Source of the DNA: a virus
Lineage: Duplodnaviria > Caudoviricetes
Strand: one strand, 5' to 3'
Length of the DNA stretch: 56,895 nucleotides
IMG/VR virus record: IMGVR_UViG_3300025400_000022
Location: 1-56,895 of that record
Shown: positions 44,261-53,655 of the stretch, one piece after another
Layout of the letters: each line of letters begins with the position of its first letter
How positions within the stretch are numbered: position 1 is the first letter of the stretch
The notes under the pieces: generated by a model
Database searches by the model: none
Told to the model about the DNA's origin: nothing
Seen by the model: only the letters and a program-made list of their open reading frames with translations
Position numbers and translations under genes: made by a program

Positions 44261-47200
44261 TCACTTTCCTGAAGTGCCGTTCTTGATGATTGTGAGCACA
44301 GCGCCCTTAAGGCCACCGTGCGGCGCGTTAAGAGCCGAACTAAACGCTTGCGCCATGCCGCTTGGTGTAAGACCAATGCTTGTGGCGGCGTTGGCAAAAG
44401 ACGTTTGAACCGCGCTGGCCAAAGCACTCATGTTTTGAGGGTTGAGGCCGTTCTTTTGCGCCACGCCAGTAGCGGCGTTTGCTTCCGCGACGGACTGAGC
44501 CTTGAGCGTTGCGGCGGCGTCCTTCAAAGCCTTGGCTGCGGCAAGGTTGCCGGCTGCGGCTTGAGCGGCTGCGGCTCGAGTGTCCGAAGCCGAGTCAAGA
44601 GCAGACGAAATTGAGGCGTGCGTTAATTGCGCATAAACGCTTGACGCGGTTCCAATGCCAAGGTTTCCTTGCGAGGCTTGCTTTAAAAGCGACTTACTTG
44701 CAGTGTCGTTTGCCATTTGATTCTTAATTGCATTTTGAGCGCCAGTTAACGAAACGCTTTGAGGCAATTGTGAAATTTGCGTCTTAACTTGATTTTCGGT
44801 TCCCTTAAGAACGCCTTGAACGTCGTTAAGAAGTGCTTGGTTTCCGCCAGACCAATTTGGACCATTGTATTTAGCATAAATGCTCTTAATAGCCGCTTGA
44901 GTGCTGGTGGGCAAAGTATTAAGAGATGGAACTTGTTTTTGCAAAGAGGCGTAGGTTAGAACAGTGCCTTCGTTACTTCCATAGCCGCCTTCATTCCGAG
45001 CCCATGAAAGGCTGCTGGAAACCCACGCTAAATTCGTCGCTTGCGCTGTCCAGTTTTTAAGATTTGCCGCATTGGCCGCAATAACCTTTGCGCTTGCAGC
45101 GCTGGTACTTAAACCTTTGAACAGATTCAGTTGACCTTGTACGTTTCTAATGGTTTGCTGGTCTTGATAGAACTTGGCGTAGTCTGATGTTGTTGCTTTA
45201 TTGCTTCCAATAAGGCCAGAAAGACGAGTCATGTCCGCTTGTGCGTTTAAAATTTCAGCATTTAGAGCGGCTGGGCCTAGCGCCACCGAACCCGTTGGCT
45301 TAATAGGTACGATTGGTTTTTGAGTTCCGCTTGAGCCGCCGCCAAACAAACCACCAAAAAAGTGGCCCAAGCCACCGATGGCAGAGCCAAGCCCCTTAGC
45401 AATGTATGGCATAAGCATTGGGCCAATGGTTGACATGGCAAGCATGCCAATGGGGCCACCCAAAAGGCCGCCCGCAATGTCGCCCACACCAGCGCCGGCA
45501 AATCTAGCAAGAAGACCACCGCCCTCTTTTTCAGCAAGACCAACAATGTCGTTGGCTCCTGTTTTTTCGACAAAAGAACCGACCTCTTTAAGGGCGCCAC
45601 CTTGAATGCCACGAAGTTTGTCAAGGGTGGAGCCAATAAGTTGTTCTGCTTCCTTACCGCGTCCGGCTCCTTCAATCTTTCCTGCGTCAATAAGTGCTTG
45701 GCGAACGGAAGCCTTGGTGACTGCTTCGCCCTTAGTAAGCAAAGACTTTTCAACGTCTGAAAGGGCAGTTTTTTCACCCTTGCCAAACAGTTTTGCGAGA
45801 GGGTTTCCGCCACCGCCCACACCAGCAGCCTCGAGCATTTTGTCCGCAGCAAGGTTCATCTTGTCGGCGGGCGTTGAGAAAAGGTTGCTATTGCGGCTTA
45901 GCGAAGCAAAGAATCCTCCCAATTTGGTGCGCTGGATGCTTTCGTCCATAACGTCGCCACCGGCAATTTTGCCGTAGAAACGTCCAAGGCTGCCGGAAGC
46001 CTTTCCAAACATTCCGATGAATCCTTGTACTAACCTGGCACCTTTAGAAACAACAGCAACGCCAGCCATTGCGCCAATAAACTCTACAAGCGGAATAAGG
46101 ACTGCTTTGGTTTTGGTCAACCAAGTAATTATGTCGGCAAAAGCGTGGCCGAGACGAAGAGCGATAGGCGTAATCTCTTTACCAAAGCGAACAAGAGCAA
46201 CCATAACTTGTTCTTCGATGCGACGCATCTGCACTTGCGGCGTGTTCATTGCAATGGCAACGTCTTTATTGTAGTTCGCTGCCGTTGAGTGAGTGTCAAT
46301 ATATTGCTGAATACCGGCAATTTGACCGACGTTGTTAATCAGGGCGTCAATGGTTGCGGAACTGCGTGAACCACCAAATGCCTTGGTAATAATAAGGTTC
46401 TGAAGCGTGTTCTGCCACTGGGCGCCCGAAACTGCGGCTCCATTAGCACCTGAAGTTGTGGTGCCTAATTGCGAAGCGGTGTAAGAGGCAAGGTGTCCTG
46501 TCGCCCAGGCGTTAATGACGCTTTTAGGAAGCGCGCCAGAAGTCCATTTTTCAAGTTGGTATTCTGCGGCAGCCCTACCCGTCAATACAACGCTGGAACC
46601 GTTTGCCAACTTTTCGGTAACGGGCAGTGTGGTGGCGGCAGGATTAAACGTTTGCATCTGCTTGCGCATGTATTCAGCCGCAGCGGTAATACCGTCTTTT
46701 TGCTGAAGCAACGCGCCCAACTGACCAACGTTAATGCCAAGCATGGACATAGCGGTTGAGCCCTGCGCACTAGGCGCGGTCATCAGGGTAAGCGCAGTCT
46801 TTGCGTACTGACCAGCGGTTGAACCTGGCGTACCCAATGTCGTCAGAAGGTCAACGAACGCAGAACCACTGGAAGCAGAGATATTGTGTGCCGACAGAGA
46901 GGCAAGAAGACCTCGACCCATGGCAGAGATAAACTCTGATTGCTTAATGTCACCAGCACCGACCGATGCGTTAACCCACGCGGCTGCGGACGCGGCGCTG
47001 GTGCCAACACCTTGCAGGTTGGCATTCATAACAGCACCCATGATTCGGGCAGACTGCTCTGAAGGGGCACCGCCGGAAACGCCACCAAGAACGTTCAGGT
47101 TTGCCGTTTGCTGAGCCATTTGCGCCAACTGCGCGTTAGTGGCACCAAGTCCTTTGTTCCAGTTGGCAGTTGCAGACGAAACACGGTAAATAATGTTTGC

Positions 47201-47863
47201 AACGTCGGTAAGGTGCATACCGGTACGCTGAGCGATGCTCATTGCGGTTTGGCTCAAGAAAGGCATGCTGTTTTGTGCGCGCCCGGCTTGAGTAATTGAT
47301 TGCGTAAGAGCAGAATTGAACGAAGCGTATTGCTTGACGGCTTCGTATGCAATACCGCCAACGGCAAAGGCACTCCACGTTGCAGCCTTCATCAACTCTG
47401 GCGTACCAAGGTTCCCGAGTTTTGTGAGAATGCTTGTTGACTCTGCGCGAGCGGTGCTTGCCGCCTTGCCCGCGGAGGCGGATTCAACATCCGCAGAAGC
47501 CATTTCACGTGAGGCAGCAGCGGCTTCGTTCAACGCAACAATAAGGCCGCGAAGTTCTTCAATCTCTTTTGCCTGAACAGCAATGGCTTCTTCTGTTGCC
47601 TTTGTGTTTGCGTCCGTAGCAACTACGTTGTCTTCGCTTGCCTTGGCAACGTCGGCCATGACTTTGGCAAGGTCGCTAATTGATTTAGTTAAGTCGCTAG
47701 AAGCAGTCGTTGCGCTGTCAAGACCTTTAACAAGGTCGGCACCGACTTTGACGTTATCGTCCATCGACGTTGACAAGTCATCAATAGAGACCTGAAGGTT
47801 CTCAATATTTTTGACCGCATCAGACGTGCGGAACTCTAGATTAAAACTTAACTGTTCGTCCAT
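44261..47863 (-). CDS. Tape measure protein
   Basis: 1200 aa Ala/Gly-rich helical protein after the tube and chaperone genes; GSTAG..KTAL..M.APS....AM..LGI core. Confidence 0.92.
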   Translation of the reverse strand: MDEQLSFNLEFRTSDAVKNIENLQVSIDDLSTSMDDNVKVGADLVKGLDSATTASSDLTKSISDLAKVMADVAKASEDNVVATDANTKATEEAIAVQAKEIEELRGLIVALNEAAAASREMASADVESASAGKAASTARAESTSILTKLGNLGTPELMKAATWSAFAVGGIAYEAVKQYASFNSALTQSITQAGRAQNSMPFLSQTAMSIAQRTGMHLTDVANIIYRVSSATANWNKGLGATNAQLAQMAQQTANLNVLGGVSGGAPSEQSARIMGAVMNANLQGVGTSAASAAAWVNASVGAGDIKQSEFISAMGRGLLASLSAHNISASSGSAFVDLLTTLGTPGSTAGQYAKTALTLMTAPSAQGSTAMSMLGINVGQLGALLQQKDGITAAAEYMRKQMQTFNPAATTLPVTEKLANGSSVVLTGRAAAEYQLEKWTSGALPKSVINAWATGHLASYTASQLGTTTSGANGAAVSGAQWQNTLQNLIITKAFGGSRSSATIDALINNVGQIAGIQQYIDTHSTAANYNKDVAIAMNTPQVQMRRIEEQVMVALVRFGKEITPIALRLGHAFADIITWLTKTKAVLIPLVEFIGAMAGVAVVSKGARLVQGFIGMFGKASGSLGRFYGKIAGGDVMDESIQRTKLGGFFASLSRNSNLFSTPADKMNLAADKMLEAAGVGGGGNPLAKLFGKGEKTALSDVEKSLLTKGEAVTKASVRQALIDAGKIEGAGRGKEAEQLIGSTLDKLRGIQGGALKEVGSFVEKTGANDIVGLAEKEGGGLLARFAGAGVGDIAGGLLGGPIGMLAMSTIGPMLMPYIAKGLGSAIGGLGHFFGGLFGGGSSGTQKPIVPIKPTGSVALGPAALNAEILNAQADMTRLSGLIGSNKATTSDYAKFYQDQQTIRNVQGQLNLFKGLSTSAASAKVIAANAANLKNWTAQATNLAWVSSSLSWARNEGGYGSNEGTVLTYASLQKQVPSLNTLPTSTQAAIKSIYAKYNGPNWSGGNQALLNDVQGVLKGTENQVKTQISQLPQSVSLTGAQNAIKNQMANDTASKSLLKQASQGNLGIGTASSVYAQLTHASISSALDSASDTRAAAAQAAAGNLAAAKALKDAAATLKAQSVAEANAATGVAQKNGLNPQNMSALASAVQTSFANAATSIGLTPSGMAQAFSSALNAPHGGLKGAVLTIIKNGTSGK

Positions 47864-47875
47864 AATTGGCCCTTA

Positions 47876-47912
47876 TAAACAAGAAAACCGCTACCCCCGT
47901 AGAGGTAGCGGC
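47876..47912 (-). terminator. Intrinsic terminator upstream of the tape measure gene
   Basis: gccgctacc-tctacggg-ggtagcggt followed by tttcttgttt. Confidence 0.72.
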
Positions 47913-47952
47913 TGTCCTGCCGCCCAAGTAAATTTGTAAGCGGAGTTGGTGG

Positions 47953-48180
47953 TTAGAAAATCTTGGCTAGGTTCTTTGCGAATTCATAGCCAATTAGTTC
48001 CGCGAGAACTTTGATTTCTTCGATTTTTTCTGAATTCTTTAATTTCATTGCGCTTTGAAGCACGGCAATGCTAATCATGTAGTCTTCAGTGCCCTGGCTT
48101 AGTAGGACGTTTGGGTCCATGCCTAGGTATGCGGCATACCCCGCCGATTCAACGTAGGGGTCTTCGCGCAGGGCTTCTAG
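47953..48180 (-). CDS. Tail assembly chaperone extension (-1 frameshift product)
   Basis: 75-codon open -1 frame LEALREDPYV...KIF beginning at the ACT TTC TAG end of the chaperone gene. Confidence 0.7.
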   Translation of the reverse strand, partial: LEALREDPYVESAGYAAYLGMDPNVLLSQGTEDYMISIAVLQSAMKLKNSEKIEEIKVLAELIGYEFAKNLAKIF

Positions 48181-48722
48181 AAAGTTTCGTCAGCCTCATT
48201 GTTGGCAATGTTGCTCCAACGGAACAAACGGTTTGCCGTTTCAATGAGGTCACCCTCTGCAAAGAAGGTGGCGACAACAACATCTGTGGCGCGCGCGGCT
48301 TCAATACCAAGCGCAGCGGCCATGTCCTCGTCAAAGCGCGTCCAAGGGCTGTGAGGCTCGTTGGGACGAAGCGACAACTTATTGTCCTTGTCGCCATCTA
48401 CAACAGCGTAGATACCGATGCAAGCGTCAAGAAGCATCTCAGCGTTGGCCAAGAATGACCAGTCTGTGTTCTTGTCGGCCTTTGCCTTGTTTTGATACTT
48501 CTCAATTGTCTTGCCCAGTTTCGTTGCCGAAACAGGCTTGAAGCGCAGGTAAAGTTCTGGGTTGTCCCAGCGTGGAACCTTAATGTCAATGTACAAGTCA
48601 TTAACAATTTGCTCACGGCGCTTCTTCAGCGACAGAAGGGGAGTTGCTTCCGCAGGAGCAGAGACAATCTCCCCCTCTGTTGCCGTAGAAATTTCTTGCC
48701 CGTCAATAGTAAAATCAACCAT
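48177..48722 (-). CDS. Tail assembly chaperone
   Basis: Between tube and tape measure genes; RBS GGAGG. Confidence 0.8.
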   Translation of the reverse strand: MVDFTIDGQEISTATEGEIVSAPAEATPLLSLKKRREQIVNDLYIDIKVPRWDNPELYLRFKPVSATKLGKTIEKYQNKAKADKNTDWSFLANAEMLLDACIGIYAVVDGDKDNKLSLRPNEPHSPWTRFDEDMAAALGIEAARATDVVVATFFAEGDLIETANRLFRWSNIANNEADETF

Positions 48723-48760
48723 GTTTCCTCCAAGGTTTATAATGTTGCTAGTCTATCAGA

Positions 48761-49339
48761 CTAGATGATTGTTTGAGTGCCCCAAAGAGAAGCGCCCATT
48801 GAGGTGCTCGGCGTGGTCGAACCATCGGAGCCGACGCCGTTAGCCGTAACAAGGCCAACCGTCTCGACCGAAAGGCCAACTTCAAGCAAACGAACGCTGT
48901 TGCTGTTCGAGTCAGTACCACCAGGCATAGCCTTGTTGATGCGACCCGTGTAGACAGTGGCAGCGCCCCAGGCGTTACCGCCGTCGTCAAGGGGCTGAAC
49001 CGTGACCTGCGCAATTGAGTTACCAATCACGCTAGTAAGGTCCTGCCACAGAGCGTTGTCTGTGCCGGTGTTCCAAGCCTTTGAGATTGAAACGTCCGAG
49101 TACGTGGGGAGGGCCAAGAACGAAATCTCGGGACCCATGCCGCCGGGACGATGCTTGTTGATTGTGCTCTGCACGTCGCCGCCGCTGAACTTGTCGAACG
49201 TTACGGATGCGTTTGCAGCAAGGTTGCTCGAGAAGGTAACGTTGGAAGGCGCCGTAAGAATGCTGAGCGACACAAGAAACTGCTGCTCGGAACCAAAGTA
49301 CGTAGGTGTCCCTGCGTTGGTGTAATTTGTTGATGACAT
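48761..49339 (-). CDS. Tail tube protein
   Basis: FDK.SGG......KHRPGGM, ..V.ISK, V.VQPLD..G......Y.G; follows the sheath gene. Confidence 0.82.
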   Translation of the reverse strand: MSSTNYTNAGTPTYFGSEQQFLVSLSILTAPSNVTFSSNLAANASVTFDKFSGGDVQSTINKHRPGGMGPEISFLALPTYSDVSISKAWNTGTDNALWQDLTSVIGNSIAQVTVQPLDDGGNAWGAATVYTGRINKAMPGGTDSNSNSVRLLEVGLSVETVGLVTANGVGSDGSTTPSTSMGASLWGTQTII

Positions 49340-49365
49340 TTGTTTTCCTTAAAGGCTAGTTCTGA

Positions 49366-50910
49366 TTATTGGGGAAGCGTAGCGGTTACGGCGTACTTGG
49401 CAATGCTGATGTTCACAAACTCACCGAATGGCGACATTTTGAGGCTCACAACAGCGTTGATTTGACCGGCCTGAATGGTGGCAGGGGTGTTGACCGTTGG
49501 GCCAACGTTGACCACGTAGGCGCTGCCGGCTGTTGGGCCGTACAGGCTTCCGCGCAGCCAGTATGCCTGGCACTGAGCGCCGAGGGCACCCGACAACTTC
49601 GAGAACAACTGTCCCTTGCCGTCGATTTCCTGGAACACGTATCCTTCTGCGATGGCGTCGAACTGCTTGACAACCTGCATGCGGAAGCGCACGTTGCTGA
49701 AGTAAATCCAAGCAGGGTTCACGGCAGCGGAGCGGAAGCCATAGATGCAGATTGTGCCAACGTTAGGTACGTTACGAACAACGTTCACACCGGCAGAGTT
49801 CAGGGTGCCGCGGTCGGCGGCGCTGTAAACTTGAGTAACACCAGTCACGTACGAGGCGGCACCGTTGACCAAACCAGCGGCAGGCACGTTTGAGTCGTGT
49901 CCAGCGTCGGTCTGTGCAATCTTGGCGGCAGCCAAAGCAACAGGGGCGACTGTGCGAGTAAACGCGTAGGGGTTTGTTGCCGAGGGGTTGGTGTTGACGT
50001 TACCGGGGGTCAGCAGCCAAGGTCCGAAAAACGCGGCGTACGAAGGGTCGGTAACGCTCGAGTTGCCCTGGAAGGTCGACACGGCGGAAGCAACGGTGGT
50101 TGCGGTGGCCGAGTTGGGCGCGTCCAGCAAGGCGACACGGTTAAAGGCAGCGGCGTGGTTAGCAAGGCTAACGTACATTGCAGCGTCGGTGTTACCGGGG
50201 TACGAAACCTGACCGGGACCGTAGGCTTCGGTGATTGAAGCAAGAGCGGCTGTAACGTCAACGTCGACAACAGCAACGTCCGTACCACCGGTCATGTAAA
50301 CAACGAGAGGCGCGGCGGTTGTGGTCGGCAGTGTCGAAGCACCGGCAGACGAGGCGGCGCTAACAAGGCCCTGATAAAGAGGCAGCGAGTTAATCCAGTT
50401 GATAATGTCGGTGTCACCAGAAAGACCAGTGATTGAAGCGTTGATGTTTCCGTTGTACGCAATTGTGGCGCTGTAGTTACCGGCTGAAATGTAGTTAACG
50501 GTAACGATAACACCGTTGGCGGCGGCGCTTGACGAGTTAGCCCATGTTCCCTTACCGCTAGCGGTAAGAGTCCAGGCACCACCAGTTGTGCCGGAAGTGG
50601 CGGCAACACCGGTCGAAGTGGGCTGAACGCGGACTACGTAAGCCTGCATGCCGCCTTCACGGAAATACGTGTCAAGGGCGTCGTACAGCAATGTGCTGTT
50701 TACGTTGGCGGTTGTGTAGCGACCAGTAATCTGACCGTTCACAATCTGACCGAACACGGCGTTAAAGTCGTTCATTGACTGAACGGGGACCGGAATGTTG
50801 GCAGGACCGGCGGCAACACCAAGTGCAAACCAAGTACCCGTGGGGTTTTGGACTGCAACATTGGCGGCATTAGCGGTCACTGTAACATAAGTGCCTGGGG
50901 CTTGAGCCAT
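49366..50910 (-). CDS. Contractile tail sheath protein
   Basis: APG.YV, YF.EGG..AYVVR, A...G.WAN, RVALLDAP, LN..GVN.VR, IYG.RS, YVF..ID, VN.G..VNT. Confidence 0.93.
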   Translation of the reverse strand: MAQAPGTYVTVTANAANVAVQNPTGTWFALGVAAGPANIPVPVQSMNDFNAVFGQIVNGQITGRYTTANVNSTLLYDALDTYFREGGMQAYVVRVQPTSTGVAATSGTTGGAWTLTASGKGTWANSSSAAANGVIVTVNYISAGNYSATIAYNGNINASITGLSGDTDIINWINSLPLYQGLVSAASSAGASTLPTTTAAPLVVYMTGGTDVAVVDVDVTAALASITEAYGPGQVSYPGNTDAAMYVSLANHAAAFNRVALLDAPNSATATTVASAVSTFQGNSSVTDPSYAAFFGPWLLTPGNVNTNPSATNPYAFTRTVAPVALAAAKIAQTDAGHDSNVPAAGLVNGAASYVTGVTQVYSAADRGTLNSAGVNVVRNVPNVGTICIYGFRSAAVNPAWIYFSNVRFRMQVVKQFDAIAEGYVFQEIDGKGQLFSKLSGALGAQCQAYWLRGSLYGPTAGSAYVVNVGPTVNTPATIQAGQINAVVSLKMSPFGEFVNISIAKYAVTATLPQ

Positions 50911-51164
50911 TAGATTTCTCCTGTGCTAGTTGAAACAGTTTCCTGATTCTTAGAATTTTTTGTTGTTGTGGCGGCCTTTGGTGCTACTTCTTGAACCGGC
51001 GCTTCGACTACGGGCGTAGGGACAATAGTGGCTTGACCATTTGAGATAAGGTCCTCAATAACCGGCGTCTGATTGACAGTGTGGATTTCTCCTTGTGCCA
51101 TCGGTTGCCCCAAGTCGTCAAATACTACATAGTTCGACTGGATTAGAATTGTGATTTGATTCAT
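50910..51164 (-). CDS. Small virion-associated hypothetical protein
   Basis: Coupled to the sheath gene. Confidence 0.65.
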   Translation of the reverse strand: MNQITILIQSNYVVFDDLGQPMAQGEIHTVNQTPVIEDLISNGQATIVPTPVVEAPVQEVAPKAATTTKNSKNQETVSTSTGEI

Positions 51165-51796
51165 AGCGATTCTTTCTCGACGGTAATGTTGTACGTTTCC
51201 ACTTCTGGCAACGGCGCTGGGGCCGCTGTAGAGGGAGCAGGAACACCACCAAAGATGTTCATTACATTGCCGATGGTAACCAAGAAACGAATGTGCGATA
51301 CGCCGGTTGTTCGACCGGAACTGTGTTCGCCTTCAAGGTATTCTTCGCCCACCCAAATAGTGCTTTCGGCAAGACCGCCGAGGGCACGATTTTGAACAAT
51401 GCAGGTACGGATACAGGACGCATACGCCTGTGTAAGTGCTTCTGTTTCTTGCCAGTCGGTTGTACCATAAATGTACACCATAACGTCAACGTGAAAGTGA
51501 GCACGAACATTGTTTTGGTAAATCTCTGGTTGCCCGGCTGTGCCAGGAACCGTTACTAACACTGCTGCCTTTGCGTTGCGGGGCAGTGTGCGATAATCGG
51601 GGCGGTGGCGATATTCAAAAGGAACGGCAAGAACGTTACTTCCAATTGCACGATTGAATTCGGCAATGTAAGTTGGAAACCACGTCTGAAGCGTGTTGTA
51701 AAAAGCCTCTTGAACTGAATGACCGCCGTAGACCGGACCGTAAGCATCGCCAAGGTCTGTCATGGACCAATTTGTCCACCACTCTTTGTTTGCCAT
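51161..51796 (-). CDS. Tail completion/terminator protein
   Basis: Position upstream of the sheath gene; function inferred from synteny. Confidence 0.6.
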   Translation of the reverse strand: MANKEWWTNWSMTDLGDAYGPVYGGHSVQEAFYNTLQTWFPTYIAEFNRAIGSNVLAVPFEYRHRPDYRTLPRNAKAAVLVTVPGTAGQPEIYQNNVRAHFHVDVMVYIYGTTDWQETEALTQAYASCIRTCIVQNRALGGLAESTIWVGEEYLEGEHSSGRTTGVSHIRFLVTIGNVMNIFGGVPAPSTAAPAPLPEVETYNITVEKESL

Positions 51797-52545
51797 TAGT
51801 AGCCCCTCTTACCAAGTCTTCCGCCGCCAAGGAATGTTGACTGCTGTTCGTATTTGGGAATGCCGCGACCACTGTGAATAATGTGGCTTTCACCAAAAGT
51901 GCGAAGGCCCGCCTTGCGACGTTCCATTCGACGTTCGTACTTGCGGAGTTCCGCTTTAACGTCTTCACGACGCCAAGTGTTAGAAGGAATGTTAACCTTT
52001 TTGCGGTCAACTTCTTTTCCTGCGCCTTCAAGCACGTAGACTTTAATAATTTTGTTAGCGATTTTAACAAACGCTGGTGTGATGGTAACAATTTCACGCT
52101 TAGGGTTTTGGCCTAATCCGTGTTGGTGAAACTCACCATAGTTGCGACCATGAGAATAACCCCTGGGCGCTTCCCGGGTTGGGTCAATAATCATCTTTAC
52201 CGCTTTAACCCCAACATAATCTAGTTCGGGATTAGATGCGGCTCGAGCAAGATAACCAAAATTCAAAAGGGTTTGGTCGGTGTTTTTGTTTCCGCCCTCA
52301 GAATTGCGATTATACCCTTGCTCCTTGCTAATAGGAGTCCATGCTTTATTAATGCCAAATTCAGGAGCAAAACCGCCATCAAGAAAACGTTGCGCTTCCA
52401 TGAGGCCAAACTCTGCAACAATTGAGTTTAGTGCCGGCTGTGGGTCTTCAAGGCGTTCCTTGATAATGTCAAGCCGGGCTGCAAAATTAGCGAAGTTTTT
52501 TTCCGATTTAGACGTTTTGCCGTAAACAATTGTCTTAACTGGCAT
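51796..52545 (-). CDS. Neck / virion morphogenesis protein
   Basis: F..GG....W.P, L...G.L.R, YG.FHQ.G....PKR (Mu gpG-like pattern). Confidence 0.7.
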   Translation of the reverse strand: MPVKTIVYGKTSKSEKNFANFAARLDIIKERLEDPQPALNSIVAEFGLMEAQRFLDGGFAPEFGINKAWTPISKEQGYNRNSEGGNKNTDQTLLNFGYLARAASNPELDYVGVKAVKMIIDPTREAPRGYSHGRNYGEFHQHGLGQNPKREIVTITPAFVKIANKIIKVYVLEGAGKEVDRKKVNIPSNTWRREDVKAELRKYERRMERRKAGLRTFGESHIIHSGRGIPKYEQQSTFLGGGRLGKRGY

Positions 52546-53231
52546 TAACCACGTACCCAAGGCCCAATTAGACTGTTAATTTGCTTGTCTATGTCGTCAA
52601 GGTTCATCTCGCGACGGGTTTGTGGTTCAAATTCAAGCATAATAAATTTAGCGGCTTGGAACAAGCACGCACGTCGCAATGACGGTGGAATGCCGTTTGT
52701 ATAACCGCCGTCATAAACAACTTCAATTCGTGAGCCCTCGGGGGCAAATGTACCTAGTCGAATCCAAACGTGACCGTCGGTTACGTCTGGGCCGCGGACG
52801 CCACCATGATTAAAGTCAATTGGCTGGTAGTCACCATAGGTACGGTAAATGGTCATGGACTGAATGTTGTAAGTCCATAGTTCAGGGTATGCCGGCGCGT
52901 GCTGGTCAAGCCAAAAGTGGCGGACGAGCGTTGAGGCGCCAAGTGCAATAGCCTGTGACATGCCCAATGAACCAAAAATGTCCATCGGCATGTCGGCGTT
53001 GTTGCCGTACTCACCTGGGTCAATCCCAAAGAGACGGTCTTGGTAAATGTGCCCCTTGAAAGGAGCAAGACGACGACCTGTAAGGTCTTCAAGGTGGGCA
53101 GTTGCCTCAACAAGAATGTCCGCAATAGTTGTCGCATCCAAGTCAACAACCAATTCAGGATAGCGCTTTGAGAACTCGGCAACCGTGGCAAGAGCAACGG
53201 GGTCCGAATATTGTGACCCGTTATTTGCCAT
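52545..53231 (-). CDS. Head-tail adaptor
   Basis: LATV.E, IL..AT..LE..TGR, V.Y.GGY..IP..L.RAC..QAA. Confidence 0.78.
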   Translation of the reverse strand: MANNGSQYSDPVALATVAEFSKRYPELVVDLDATTIADILVEATAHLEDLTGRRLAPFKGHIYQDRLFGIDPGEYGNNADMPMDIFGSLGMSQAIALGASTLVRHFWLDQHAPAYPELWTYNIQSMTIYRTYGDYQPIDFNHGGVRGPDVTDGHVWIRLGTFAPEGSRIEVVYDGGYTNGIPPSLRRACLFQAAKFIMLEFEPQTRREMNLDDIDKQINSLIGPWVRG

Positions 53232-53238
53232 GGTATAC

Positions 53239-53547
53239 CTATTCCTTTGTTGCGCGTCGCTTAGTTGGTGATGTTGCTTCTAAGGCATCTGAGAGGTCGT
53301 CTCCGACCTTCTCTTCAGCGGCAGGTGCCTCGGGGGCTGCCTTTTTGGTAACGACCTTTTCGACCGCTTCCTTTACTTCTTCTTCGGCCTTCTTCAATTC
53401 TTTTTCAACAACGAAGAATAGTTTTCCGGGAATGGCAAGAAGTTCTTGGGCCAACTGAGGGTGAATCTCAATGGCGCCTTCCGCTCCTGCTTTTTCCCAA
53501 ACCAGTCCGGCAGCGCCGCCTGGCTCGTTCTTTGCAAGCAAAGTCAT
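53239..53547 (-). CDS. Small head-associated hypothetical protein
   Basis: Start MTLLAK after GAAAGG; follows the capsid gene. Confidence 0.7.
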   Translation of the reverse strand: MTLLAKNEPGGAAGLVWEKAGAEGAIEIHPQLAQELLAIPGKLFFVVEKELKKAEEEVKEAVEKVVTKKAAPEAPAAEEKVGDDLSDALEATSPTKRRATKE

Positions 53548-53571
53548 TTTAAACCTTTCGGGAAATCCAGC

Positions 53572-53609
53572 GCGGCGGGCGGGGGAGGAACGAGGGGCCC
53601 CGCCCGCCA
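53572..53609 (-). terminator. GC-rich hairpin downstream of the capsid gene
   Basis: gtggcgggcgggg..cccccgcccgccgc; no U-tract. Confidence 0.5.
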
Positions 53610-53655
53610 CACTAGAATTGTGTGCTACTTAAACCGTAACCACACGTTGACTAAA

